DNA of 64,000 nt. Origin: Candidatus Eiseniibacteriota bacterium (lineage in GTDB: Bacteria; Eisenbacteria; RBG-16-71-46; DASYSL01). Shown piece after piece: positions 29,292-37,760 of this stretch; position 1 is the first letter of the stretch; every line of letters starts with the position of its first letter. The notes beneath the pieces were generated by a model. The model made no database searches, was not told the DNA's origin, and was given only the letters and a program-made list of their open reading frames with translations. The stretch lies in the NCBI GenBank assembly GCA_031431875.1, contig JANPEF010000106.1:32001-96000 (forward strand), in the 5' to 3' direction. The translations under genes were made by a program, and so were the position numbers.

Positions 29292-30881
29292 ATGAATCGT
29301 GCCGTGTTCGCGTGCGCCGCGTACCTCGCGTCCGCCGCCGCCGCGATCCTGTGCGCCGCGCCGGCGGGGGCCCAGTTCCTCGCGCCCGCGCTGGAGAAGT
29401 CGGGCTTCGATCAGCGCTTGCGGCAACCGTCGCTGCGCCTCGCCACGCTCGGTCGCGCCACACTCGCGTTCGATGACGAGAACAACGAGATCAACCAGTG
29501 GGATTTCGGCGCCTCGACCGTCGGCCTGGTGAGCGATCGCAACGGGAACTCCGTCGACCTGTATTTTGACGCCGCCGGGACGTCGGCCGAGCGCACCGTC
29601 GGGGGGGTCCCGGGGGAAGTCGATCGCTATGACGGCTCGGTCTACGGCCTGAGTGCGGTGGCCCGCAACGGGTCGAAGTTCGCCTTCGGCCTCAGCCTTG
29701 GTTACCAGGGCCTCGGCACGGGCGTCCCGCTGCAGCCCGGCTTCTACCAGGATGAGAAGGCCGCGCTGCGCGAGGGAGTCGCCACGTTCAGCGGCCGGAT
29801 GGCCGGCGGCAAGCTGGGCTGGGGCGCCCGCCTGGGCTTCGGCAACGAGACCTACGACAGCCAGAGCCGGACCCGCGGCAACGAGGACGGCGAAGCGGTG
29901 CTCTCGGGCGGTGACGTCATCGAGTCCCCCTCCGCCTTCGACCTCACCGAGGCAACGGCCAAGCGCACGTTGTTCGGCCTCGGGCTCGGCTGGATGGCCG
30001 CCTCGTGGGGTGACGTCGCGATCAACTGGGACAACCTCAAGTCGTCGATCGACGGCAGCAACGAGACGCGCAAGCGGATCTACGAGATCGACGAGCCGCG
30101 CCGCTCCAACACGTTCTCGCTGACCACCACGCTCAAGCCGATCGACGGGCTCACCTTCGGCGGTGTCGTGGGGACCGGCGGTTTCAGCGTCGACGAGACC
30201 TATCGCTACACGCAGTCGAACGGGCAGGGGGCGACGCCGCTCGTCGCGCGAGGCGACCGTCTCGCTCGCGACGTCGAGGGCGACTTCCTGAAGACTCGCC
30301 TGGCGTTCACGCCGGGCGGCCTGCCGAATCTGCTCGTCGGTGCGGACTTCCGGGTGCTCTATCACAAGGATGCCATCACGGCGGCGACCACGCCCGGCAG
30401 CTTCAACGAATTCCTCGCCTCGCTGAACGGGACCGGCGTCAACCCGGGAATGCCCGTGCTCGACGAGAGCCAGGAGATCCGGCACTGGGATGCCGGTGTC
30501 GGCGTCGGCTACCTGATCGCGCCGCGCCTGCGGGTGGGGGCCGAGGGCCATCGCGCCAATGACGCGCGCGACGGCACGGGCGTGCATGCGCGGACGCGCA
30601 TCACCGACTTCCGCGGGGGTGTCGAGTACGGCGTCTCGAGCGAGTGGCAGGCGCGCATCGGCGGCTGGCATCGCGCGCTCGACCAGGACGTCTACACGGC
30701 GAACAACGAGGGGATCGGCGCCGCGCTGACGCTGGGTGCGGGCTATCGCCCCACGAACAGCAAGTACTCGCTCGACGGGGGCGTCGAGATCATGGATCGC
30801 ACGACGGACTACCCGGATCCGGGCGATGGAACCGGCTCGGGCTTCCGCTTCGTTCTCTACAATCGCTGGTCCTTCAACTGA
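29292..30881 (+). CDS. Outer-membrane beta-barrel protein of unknown function
   Basis: AAGGAG RBS; Ala-rich signal peptide; many amphipathic strands; C-terminal FVLYNRWSFN resembles a beta-signal. Confidence 0.75.
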   Translation: MNRAVFACAAYLASAAAAILCAAPAGAQFLAPALEKSGFDQRLRQPSLRLATLGRATLAFDDENNEINQWDFGASTVGLVSDRNGNSVDLYFDAAGTSAERTVGGVPGEVDRYDGSVYGLSAVARNGSKFAFGLSLGYQGLGTGVPLQPGFYQDEKAALREGVATFSGRMAGGKLGWGARLGFGNETYDSQSRTRGNEDGEAVLSGGDVIESPSAFDLTEATAKRTLFGLGLGWMAASWGDVAINWDNLKSSIDGSNETRKRIYEIDEPRRSNTFSLTTTLKPIDGLTFGGVVGTGGFSVDETYRYTQSNGQGATPLVARGDRLARDVEGDFLKTRLAFTPGGLPNLLVGADFRVLYHKDAITAATTPGSFNEFLASLNGTGVNPGMPVLDESQEIRHWDAGVGVGYLIAPRLRVGAEGHRANDARDGTGVHARTRITDFRGGVEYGVSSEWQARIGGWHRALDQDVYTANNEGIGAALTLGAGYRPTNSKYSLDGGVEIMDRTTDYPDPGDGTGSGFRFVLYNRWSFN

Positions 30882-30910
30882 CCGGTGGCGGGTTTCCGCA
30901 AAATTCGAGG

Positions 30911-31111
30911 TTGACAGTCGCCGCCCGGTCGGGCACTCTATGCCTCGACCGGGCGTCGGCCTCGCGAGGCCAGCGCCCCCAACCTGTGTTCGGGACGTGT
31001 CGCGAGGCGACGCGTCCCGTTTCATTTGGGACCCTTCGACGCTCTGAACACCCACTTCCCGTCCGGGAAGGGGCGCCTACGGAGGACCCGTCCGTGCAGC
31101 GCATGGATGGG
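30911..31111 (+). ncRNA. Candidate structured RNA or leader (unassigned)
   Basis: TTGACA at 30911; several nested stems with G-U pairs (see findings). Confidence 0.35.
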
Positions 31112-31134
31112 CCAAGAGCATGAGGACAAACGGG

Positions 31135-31164
31135 TTGACTCAATCCTTGCTTGCTCCCTATAGT
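31135..31164 (+). promoter_or_regulatory. sigma70-type promoter for TBDR operon
   Basis: TTGACT-N18-TATAGT, 70 nt before ATG 31234. Confidence 0.6.
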
Positions 31165-31233
31165 GGCGACGCCCTTCCCCGGGGCATCCCCTCGCCTGGT
31201 CGATCCGAACTCCCTCGGAGAGGTGCGCACACG

Positions 31234-33951
31234 ATGGTTCGCCAGTCTCTTCTCGGGCGCCTTCTGGGTGCCGGTCTTCTCGTCGTCGGGGCCGTCCTGG
31301 CCCTTTGGGTTGCCCCGGAGCCGGCCTTTGGCCAGGCCATGGGCACGGTCAAGGGCCGCGTCATGGAGGGCAAGCAGCCCGGCGCGTACGCCAACGTGGT
31401 CGTCCTCGGTTCCCGCCGCGGCGGCGCCACGGATGACGATGGCTACTTCACCATCCCCAACGTTCCGGTCGGCGCCTACACCCTCAAGGTGCAGCTCACC
31501 GGCTTCGAGCCCAAGTCGCTGGCGATCACGGTGAATGCCGGGGTCAACGACGTGGGCACGATCACCGTCGGCGGCTCGAAGGTGGTCAAGGAGATCGCGG
31601 AAGTCAGGGTCACCGCGGAGCGCATGATCGACACCAAGACCTCGTCCACCAAGCACACGGTGTCGGGCGAGTCGCTCAGTGACCTGCCGGTCGAGAACCT
31701 GCGCGAGGCGGTCGCGCTCAAGGCCGGCATCGTCGCCACCAACGGCGAGTTGCACGTGCGCGGCGGTCGCGGCGGCGAGATCAAGCAGACCATCGACGGG
31801 ATCGAAGTCTCCGATCCGTTGTTCGGCCGCAGCTCGTCGATCGCCAATCTGTCGGTCGCCGGCGCCGACGTCCTGTCGGGCGGCTTCGATGCCGAGTTCG
31901 GCAATGCCCTCTCCGGCGTGATCAACATCACCACCAAGGAGGGCGGCGACAAGTTCGGCGGCGACTTCCAGTGGCACACCGACCGCTACGGAGAGAACTC
32001 GAAGACGTTCAACAATTACGATCGCTTCACCATCGGCCTCGGCGGTCCCATGCCGATCCGGAACCTGACGTACTTCCTCACCTACGAGGGGGTGTGGTCC
32101 GACACCTACCTCGATGCCGGCCGGACGCGCAGCACGACGACGGTGCTCGATTTCCTCAAGTTCGGGGATCGCCAGTCGAACGCGATCAACACCAACGCCA
32201 AGCTGGCGTGGCGGCCGACCCAGACGAAGAAGCTGACGTTCGAGGCGATCAACAACCACGCGACGACCTCGCCGTACAACCACATGTGGAGCCGCAAGGG
32301 CTACGTGGCGGTGACCTACGACACGTCGAGCACCAGCACGGGCGGGCAGCAGCTCACCCCGCGCTACGGCAAGTGGTCGTTCTTCGAGGAAGACTCCACT
32401 TACCAGTACCAGAACCTCGCCGACAACGTGCCGACGACCGACAATCGCTTCCAGCAGCTCAAGTCGGTGTGGACGCACCAGCTCTCGGCCAAGGACATCT
32501 ACACGGTGCGCCTGTCGCGGTTCATCTTCGACACCGAACAGACGGTGCAGTCGAAGGAGCCGTGGGAGTACGACACGCAGTCGCCGCAGTACTGGTCGGG
32601 CAACCTCGACTTCGATCCCTTCTACGTCACGCACGGCGATTTCCCGCGCTACTCGAAGCAGCTGACGACGACGTGGACGGCGAAGGGCGACTACACGACC
32701 CAGCGCTGGAAGGGCCACACGGTCAAGGCCGGCGTCGAGGGCGTGTACAACGAGGTCCAGCTCCTGTCGATGCAGAACCCGAACCAGGAAGCGAACGGCC
32801 TGCCGGGCCTCAACCGCTCGGACTTCACGAACTACAATCCCGAGGGTTCGGCCTTCCTGCAGGATCGCTGGGAGTACGAAGGCCTGGTGCTCAACGCCGG
32901 CCTGCGCTACGACCTGTTCACGCCGGGCCCGCAGATTCCCGATGAAGAACTGCCGAACGGGCGCTACAAGAGCCAGATCTCGCCGCGTCTCGGGGTGGCC
33001 TACCCGATCTCGGATCGCGACGTGCTGTCGTTCCACTACGGTTGGACGTTCCAGACGCCGCAGCGCAACTTCGTGTTCGAGAACCGCGGCTCCGAGTCGA
33101 CCGTGGCCGTCCGCGGCAATCCGGACCTGCAGCCCGAGACCAACATCAGCTACCAGGCGGCGGTGCAGCACCTGTTCTCGAAGGACGTCTCCGGGCAGTT
33201 CGCCGTGTTCTTCAAGGACATCTTCGGGCTGATCTCGGTGCGCCAGGAAATCGATGCCGTGACCGGGCTCCAGGTGCCCGTCTACGTCAACCAGGATTAC
33301 GCGTCGGCGCGCGGCTTCGAGGCGTCGTTGACCAAGCGCTTCAGCCACAAGTTCTCGGCCGAGGTGAACTACACGTACTCGATCGCGACCGGCGTCGCCT
33401 CGGATCCGAACAACGGATTGCAGTTCGCCAACGGCAACCTGCTGTACCTGCCGATCGCCGAGCAGGCGCTCGACTGGGACCAGCGCCACACGCTGAATGC
33501 GAACCTGATCCTGCGCGACCCGGGCAAGTGGGGCGTCACCTTCCTGTGGACCTACGGATCGGGACTGCCGTACACGCCGACGTTCCGCAACGATCGCCGT
33601 CCGGACCCCACGTACAACAACACGCGTCGACTGCCCAGCCAGTCGACGCTGTCGCTCGTGGCCGACAAGTACTTCCGCATCTGGGGCCAGAACGTGACGT
33701 TCTTCGCCGATGCCCGCAACGTGCTCGACGCGGAGTCGATCATCAACCTGGCGCCCGACAACTCGCAGAATCCCTACATCAACCAGGTCGGGAACGACTA
33801 CGAGATCTACTACACCGAGACCGGTCGCGGCGGTGGCGCTTACCTCCGTGACACCAACGGCGACCGGGTCGAGGACTGGGTGCCGGTGAACGATCCCCGT
33901 GTCTACTCCGAGGGACGCAACGTCCGCCTCGGCGTGGGCGTGTCGTTCTGA
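31234..33951 (+). CDS. TonB-dependent receptor with N-terminal carboxypeptidase-regulatory-like domain
   Basis: Signal peptide; GAYANVVV/TDDDGYF; plug LHVRGGR and GGFDAEFGNALSGVINITTK; NAGLRYD, SPRLG, GNPDLQPE; terminal F. Confidence 0.93.
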   Translation: MVRQSLLGRLLGAGLLVVGAVLALWVAPEPAFGQAMGTVKGRVMEGKQPGAYANVVVLGSRRGGATDDDGYFTIPNVPVGAYTLKVQLTGFEPKSLAITVNAGVNDVGTITVGGSKVVKEIAEVRVTAERMIDTKTSSTKHTVSGESLSDLPVENLREAVALKAGIVATNGELHVRGGRGGEIKQTIDGIEVSDPLFGRSSSIANLSVAGADVLSGGFDAEFGNALSGVINITTKEGGDKFGGDFQWHTDRYGENSKTFNNYDRFTIGLGGPMPIRNLTYFLTYEGVWSDTYLDAGRTRSTTTVLDFLKFGDRQSNAINTNAKLAWRPTQTKKLTFEAINNHATTSPYNHMWSRKGYVAVTYDTSSTSTGGQQLTPRYGKWSFFEEDSTYQYQNLADNVPTTDNRFQQLKSVWTHQLSAKDIYTVRLSRFIFDTEQTVQSKEPWEYDTQSPQYWSGNLDFDPFYVTHGDFPRYSKQLTTTWTAKGDYTTQRWKGHTVKAGVEGVYNEVQLLSMQNPNQEANGLPGLNRSDFTNYNPEGSAFLQDRWEYEGLVLNAGLRYDLFTPGPQIPDEELPNGRYKSQISPRLGVAYPISDRDVLSFHYGWTFQTPQRNFVFENRGSESTVAVRGNPDLQPETNISYQAAVQHLFSKDVSGQFAVFFKDIFGLISVRQEIDAVTGLQVPVYVNQDYASARGFEASLTKRFSHKFSAEVNYTYSIATGVASDPNNGLQFANGNLLYLPIAEQALDWDQRHTLNANLILRDPGKWGVTFLWTYGSGLPYTPTFRNDRRPDPTYNNTRRLPSQSTLSLVADKYFRIWGQNVTFFADARNVLDAESIINLAPDNSQNPYINQVGNDYEIYYTETGRGGGAYLRDTNGDRVEDWVPVNDPRVYSEGRNVRLGVGVSF

Positions 33952-33982
33952 GCGGGGCGCCGACATGCCCAAGGAGCCATCG

Positions 33983-36742
33983 ATGATCCGCAGCGCCCCG
34001 ATGCGTCGTGGCCTCGCCTGCTTCGTGCTGGCGGGCCTCGTTCTGCCCTGGTCGACCCCGGCACTCGCCCGGATCTGGACCGACACGCCGATCGACGACG
34101 CGACGCTCCTGCCCGCGCCGGGCGCCGCCAGCGGCGGGTCCCCGTACAGCCTGCAGGCGGTGCCCGAGATCAATGGCGTGGGCCGCGTCTCGACCGCGGG
34201 CAACGTGTGGATGAAGACGACCAACATCGGCATCCTGGGCAACCCGTTCACGGCCCAGTCGCCCGATCCGTCGGCGCAGTGGCCGGGCCCGTCGGGCGTC
34301 GAGTACTTGTTCTTCATCGGCCTGTATGTCGCGGCAAAGAATCCCGAGGCAACCGATCCGGCCCTGGTGCGCCGCGTCAGCCACAACACCGAGTGGCGTC
34401 CGCCGACGCTCGCGCCCGAGGACCGGATCTACCAGTCCTACGACGGGCAGGTGGACGGCGGCCGCGCGGTCGACGACGACGGCGACCTCCAGATCGACGA
34501 GGAGTTCTTCAACGGCAAGGACGACGACTTCGACGGCCGCATCGACGAGGACTACGCCGCCATTTCCCAGCTCATGTACACCTGCGAACTCCGCGACGAC
34601 ACCGAGCAGGCCGAGAACAGCAACTTCGCCGAGAAGCACGTCGGCTTCGGCCTGCGGGTGCAGCAGACTTCGTTCTCCTTCGCCGTTCCCGGGGCGAACG
34701 ACTTCGCGGCGGCCGACTTCAAGGTCATCAACGATTCCGGGCACCAGCTCGACTCGGTGTTCGTCGGGTTCTTCGTCGAGCAGGATGTCGGCCCGACGCA
34801 GCTCGACCGCTACTTCTCCGATGACCTGCCGGACGCCCGCGTTCCGCAGGGGGACTTCCTCGAGATCATCGAGTCGAGCGATCCGCGCTTCGACACGGTT
34901 CTGTGCCGACAGGACACGATCAAGGTCCGCGGGTTCACCATGACCGACGACGATGGCGACATGGGCCGGACACCGGGGGGCTCGAGCTTCCTGCTGCTCG
35001 GCCACACCACGGACCCGACGGGCCAGAAGGCCCCTCGAACGGTCGGCTTCCGCATGTTCCGCGCCTACCTGCCGGGGACGCCGTACGTGCAGGGCGGGGC
35101 GCCTGCGGTCGACATCGAGCGCTACGGTGCCATGTCCTCGCTCAATTCCGAGGGCGCCTGTTGCATCGGGGTCGATCCGCTGACGGGCCTGCTCAACGAC
35201 GAGCGCGCCGAGGAGTCGACCAAGAGCGACTACTTCTCGCTCTGCTCCGTCGGGCCATTCCTCGACTGGGAAAACGGCGAATCGATCTCGATCCAGATCG
35301 CCCTGGCCGTCCAGCGCTGTGACTACACTCGACCGGCGGACGATCCGTCCCCGCCGCTCCCGAACGAATTGGACACGTACGGCGGCTACCGTCGCATTTC
35401 GGACAATCCCTCCGGAACGGCCTGGCCGAATCCCGAACGCTACAGTGCGATGATCGTGAACGCGATCGAGGCCCAGAAGACCTTCCGTGGAAAGTACCAG
35501 CGAGTCTCGCAGGGAGAGACGCCGGACCTCCGCGGTCGGGAGACCCCGTTTCTGGCCCCCCCGGGTCTGACGGAATCGCTCGCCGATTGCCGCGACGAGG
35601 AAGCGGGCCAGACCCGCGACGTGACGGACGACATCACGGTCTGGTTCGACTTCGATTGCAACTTCTGCACCGGCGTCCCGGGCTTCGAGCTCCGCGAGTG
35701 GCTCGCGGCTGCACCGCCGCCGAATCCGGGCCTGCGCCTCACCTCGCAGGACAGGAGGATCCTGCTCGAGTGGGACAACCTCAGCGAGGTCACGCCGGAT
35801 CCCTCGACGAACCTACTGGACTTCCATTCGTATCGCGTGTGGAAGGCCTCGAACTTCACCCGACCCGTGGGATCGTCCGGCCCGTCCGAGGATCTGTGGG
35901 CGCTCCTCGCCGAACTCTATCTCTATGACGAGCTGACGCCGCTGCGGGACTCCGTGGACTCGAACCAGGATGGCCGGCTCGACAGCCTGGTTGCTGCGAC
36001 CTATCCCGTGCTGCTCAATCGGCAGACCGGAGAGCGGATCGATCCCGCGGGCATCCAGCCCTGTGCCAACGGCCAGACGCTGATCGACGGAACGTGCGTC
36101 CAGTCCACCGGGGCCCCGGGAGACACCGCATACGTCTTCGGCGATCGCCTGTACCTCGCGGAGAACGGGGCCGAGCGCCGAGCGACGGGCTACAAGCAGG
36201 CGCTCTACCCGGCCGGGCGCTACCGGTACGTGGATCCGAACGTGCTCAACGGCTTCGTCTACTTCTACTCGGTGACAGGCAAGGACTCGACCGGCCAGCG
36301 AAGCCAGACCGGTGGTCGCGGCACCCTCGCCGAGCAGGAGGGGCGCCGCAGCGCGACGGAGCTGGACGGCGTCTATCCGCAGGTCGCGGCGGACTCGAAG
36401 CCGGGCGGAATCTACGTCGTGCCCAATCCGTACCGGGGCAGCTCGCAGTGGGATCTGACCCCGAGCGCCTCGGATCCGACCGGAACCAAGGTCGACTTCT
36501 ACAACATGCCGCAGGGGCGGTGGACGCTCAAGATCTTCACCATCTCGGGAGACCTGGTGGAAGAGATCACGAGCGAAGACACGCAGGTGAACGAGAAGCC
36601 GCAGAAAGAGAATGCTGAAGACGGTCAGGCGTCCTGGAACCTGATTTCGCGCAATGGCCAGGACGTGGTGAGCGGCATCTACATGTTCAGCGTCGAGTCG
36701 GACGCGGGAATGTCGCAGGGCAAGTTCGTCATCATCCGCTGA
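33983..36742 (+). CDS. Large secreted protein with Ca-binding motifs and T9SS-CTD-like C-terminal domain
   Basis: AAGGAG RBS; signal peptide; DDDGDLQIDEE/DDDFDGRIDED; FN3-like LEWDN; CTD VVPNPY...KIFTISGDLV...WNLISRNGQDVVSGIY...KFVIIR. Confidence 0.8.
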   Translation: MIRSAPMRRGLACFVLAGLVLPWSTPALARIWTDTPIDDATLLPAPGAASGGSPYSLQAVPEINGVGRVSTAGNVWMKTTNIGILGNPFTAQSPDPSAQWPGPSGVEYLFFIGLYVAAKNPEATDPALVRRVSHNTEWRPPTLAPEDRIYQSYDGQVDGGRAVDDDGDLQIDEEFFNGKDDDFDGRIDEDYAAISQLMYTCELRDDTEQAENSNFAEKHVGFGLRVQQTSFSFAVPGANDFAAADFKVINDSGHQLDSVFVGFFVEQDVGPTQLDRYFSDDLPDARVPQGDFLEIIESSDPRFDTVLCRQDTIKVRGFTMTDDDGDMGRTPGGSSFLLLGHTTDPTGQKAPRTVGFRMFRAYLPGTPYVQGGAPAVDIERYGAMSSLNSEGACCIGVDPLTGLLNDERAEESTKSDYFSLCSVGPFLDWENGESISIQIALAVQRCDYTRPADDPSPPLPNELDTYGGYRRISDNPSGTAWPNPERYSAMIVNAIEAQKTFRGKYQRVSQGETPDLRGRETPFLAPPGLTESLADCRDEEAGQTRDVTDDITVWFDFDCNFCTGVPGFELREWLAAAPPPNPGLRLTSQDRRILLEWDNLSEVTPDPSTNLLDFHSYRVWKASNFTRPVGSSGPSEDLWALLAELYLYDELTPLRDSVDSNQDGRLDSLVAATYPVLLNRQTGERIDPAGIQPCANGQTLIDGTCVQSTGAPGDTAYVFGDRLYLAENGAERRATGYKQALYPAGRYRYVDPNVLNGFVYFYSVTGKDSTGQRSQTGGRGTLAEQEGRRSATELDGVYPQVAADSKPGGIYVVPNPYRGSSQWDLTPSASDPTGTKVDFYNMPQGRWTLKIFTISGDLVEEITSEDTQVNEKPQKENAEDGQASWNLISRNGQDVVSGIYMFSVESDAGMSQGKFVIIR

Positions 36743-36794
36743 CGCGGAAGTCGGCGGAGCCTTCGACGCACCGCCCCACAGAGGAGGAGCCAGA

Positions 36795-37739
36795 GTGAAG
36801 CGGACCCTGATCGCGCTGACCGTGCTGAGCCTCGCGGCCGCGGATGCGCGCGCCGCCGAGATCTTCGAAAAGGTCGGCACGTTCGACGGCCAGTTCCTGA
36901 AGATCGGAATCGGCGCTCGCGCGGCAGGCATGGGCGGCGCCTTCGTCGCCATCGCCGACGACCCCACGGCGGTGTTCTGGAATCCGTCGGGGATCGCGCG
37001 CCTGAACGAGGAAGAGACCAACGTGCAGGTCAACCACCTGACGTGGCCGGCCGACGTGGCGGTCGACCAGGCGGTGCTCGCCTTCAAGATCGGCAAGCTC
37101 CCCGGCATCTGGGCGGTCAATGCCCGGTCGCTGACCATCGACGACCAGCCGGTGCGCGACTCGTTCCGGCCGGAGGGCACCGGCGTGTACTTCGATGCCG
37201 GCTACACGTCGTTCGGCGCCACCTACGCGCGTTCGTTCACGGACAAGTTCTCGGCCGGCGCGACCGTCAACCTGGTGCGCATGGGACTCGCCGAGTTCAA
37301 GCAGGAGACGATCACGTTCGACCTCGGGACCCTGTACGACGTCGGCGTCGCGGGCATGAAGATCGGTTTCGCCATCCAGAGCATCGGCGGCCAGGTCCAG
37401 TTCATCGATCGTGAGGCGCGGGTCCCGACCGTGTTTCGCGTCGGCACGTCGGCGGACCTCATCACCACCAGCACCAGCAAGCTGATCGGCTCGTTCGAGT
37501 TCTCGCACCCGCCCGACAACGCCGAGCGCGCGAACGTCGGCGCCGAGTACGCCTACAAGGACTTCCTGTTCCTGCGTTCGGGCATGAACCTCAACTACGA
37601 CACCGAGGGCTTCGCGGCCGGCGCCGGCGTGCGCTTCCCCATCTCTGCCCTCAAGACGAACGCAAACTTCGATTACGCATACACGGACATGAAGACGCTC
37701 GGTTCCGCGCACCGCTTCTCGCTCCGAGTCCGCTTCTAG
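36795..37739 (+). CDS. PorV/PorQ-family (UPF0164-like) outer-membrane barrel
   Basis: GAGGAG RBS; FLKIGIGARAAGMGGAFVAIADDPTAVFWNPSG signature; DYAY...HRFSLRVRF end. Confidence 0.87.
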   Translation: MKRTLIALTVLSLAAADARAAEIFEKVGTFDGQFLKIGIGARAAGMGGAFVAIADDPTAVFWNPSGIARLNEEETNVQVNHLTWPADVAVDQAVLAFKIGKLPGIWAVNARSLTIDDQPVRDSFRPEGTGVYFDAGYTSFGATYARSFTDKFSAGATVNLVRMGLAEFKQETITFDLGTLYDVGVAGMKIGFAIQSIGGQVQFIDREARVPTVFRVGTSADLITTSTSKLIGSFEFSHPPDNAERANVGAEYAYKDFLFLRSGMNLNYDTEGFAAGAGVRFPISALKTNANFDYAYTDMKTLGSAHRFSLRVRF

Positions 37740-37760
37740 GATCGGGCGACGCCTACGCGC

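Noticed and set aside
30900..31230. Cobalamin or TPP riboswitch, 6S or SRP RNA before the TBDR
   Set aside because: No B12 box (GCCACTG), TPP CTGAGA core or SRP motif recognised; left as unassigned structure
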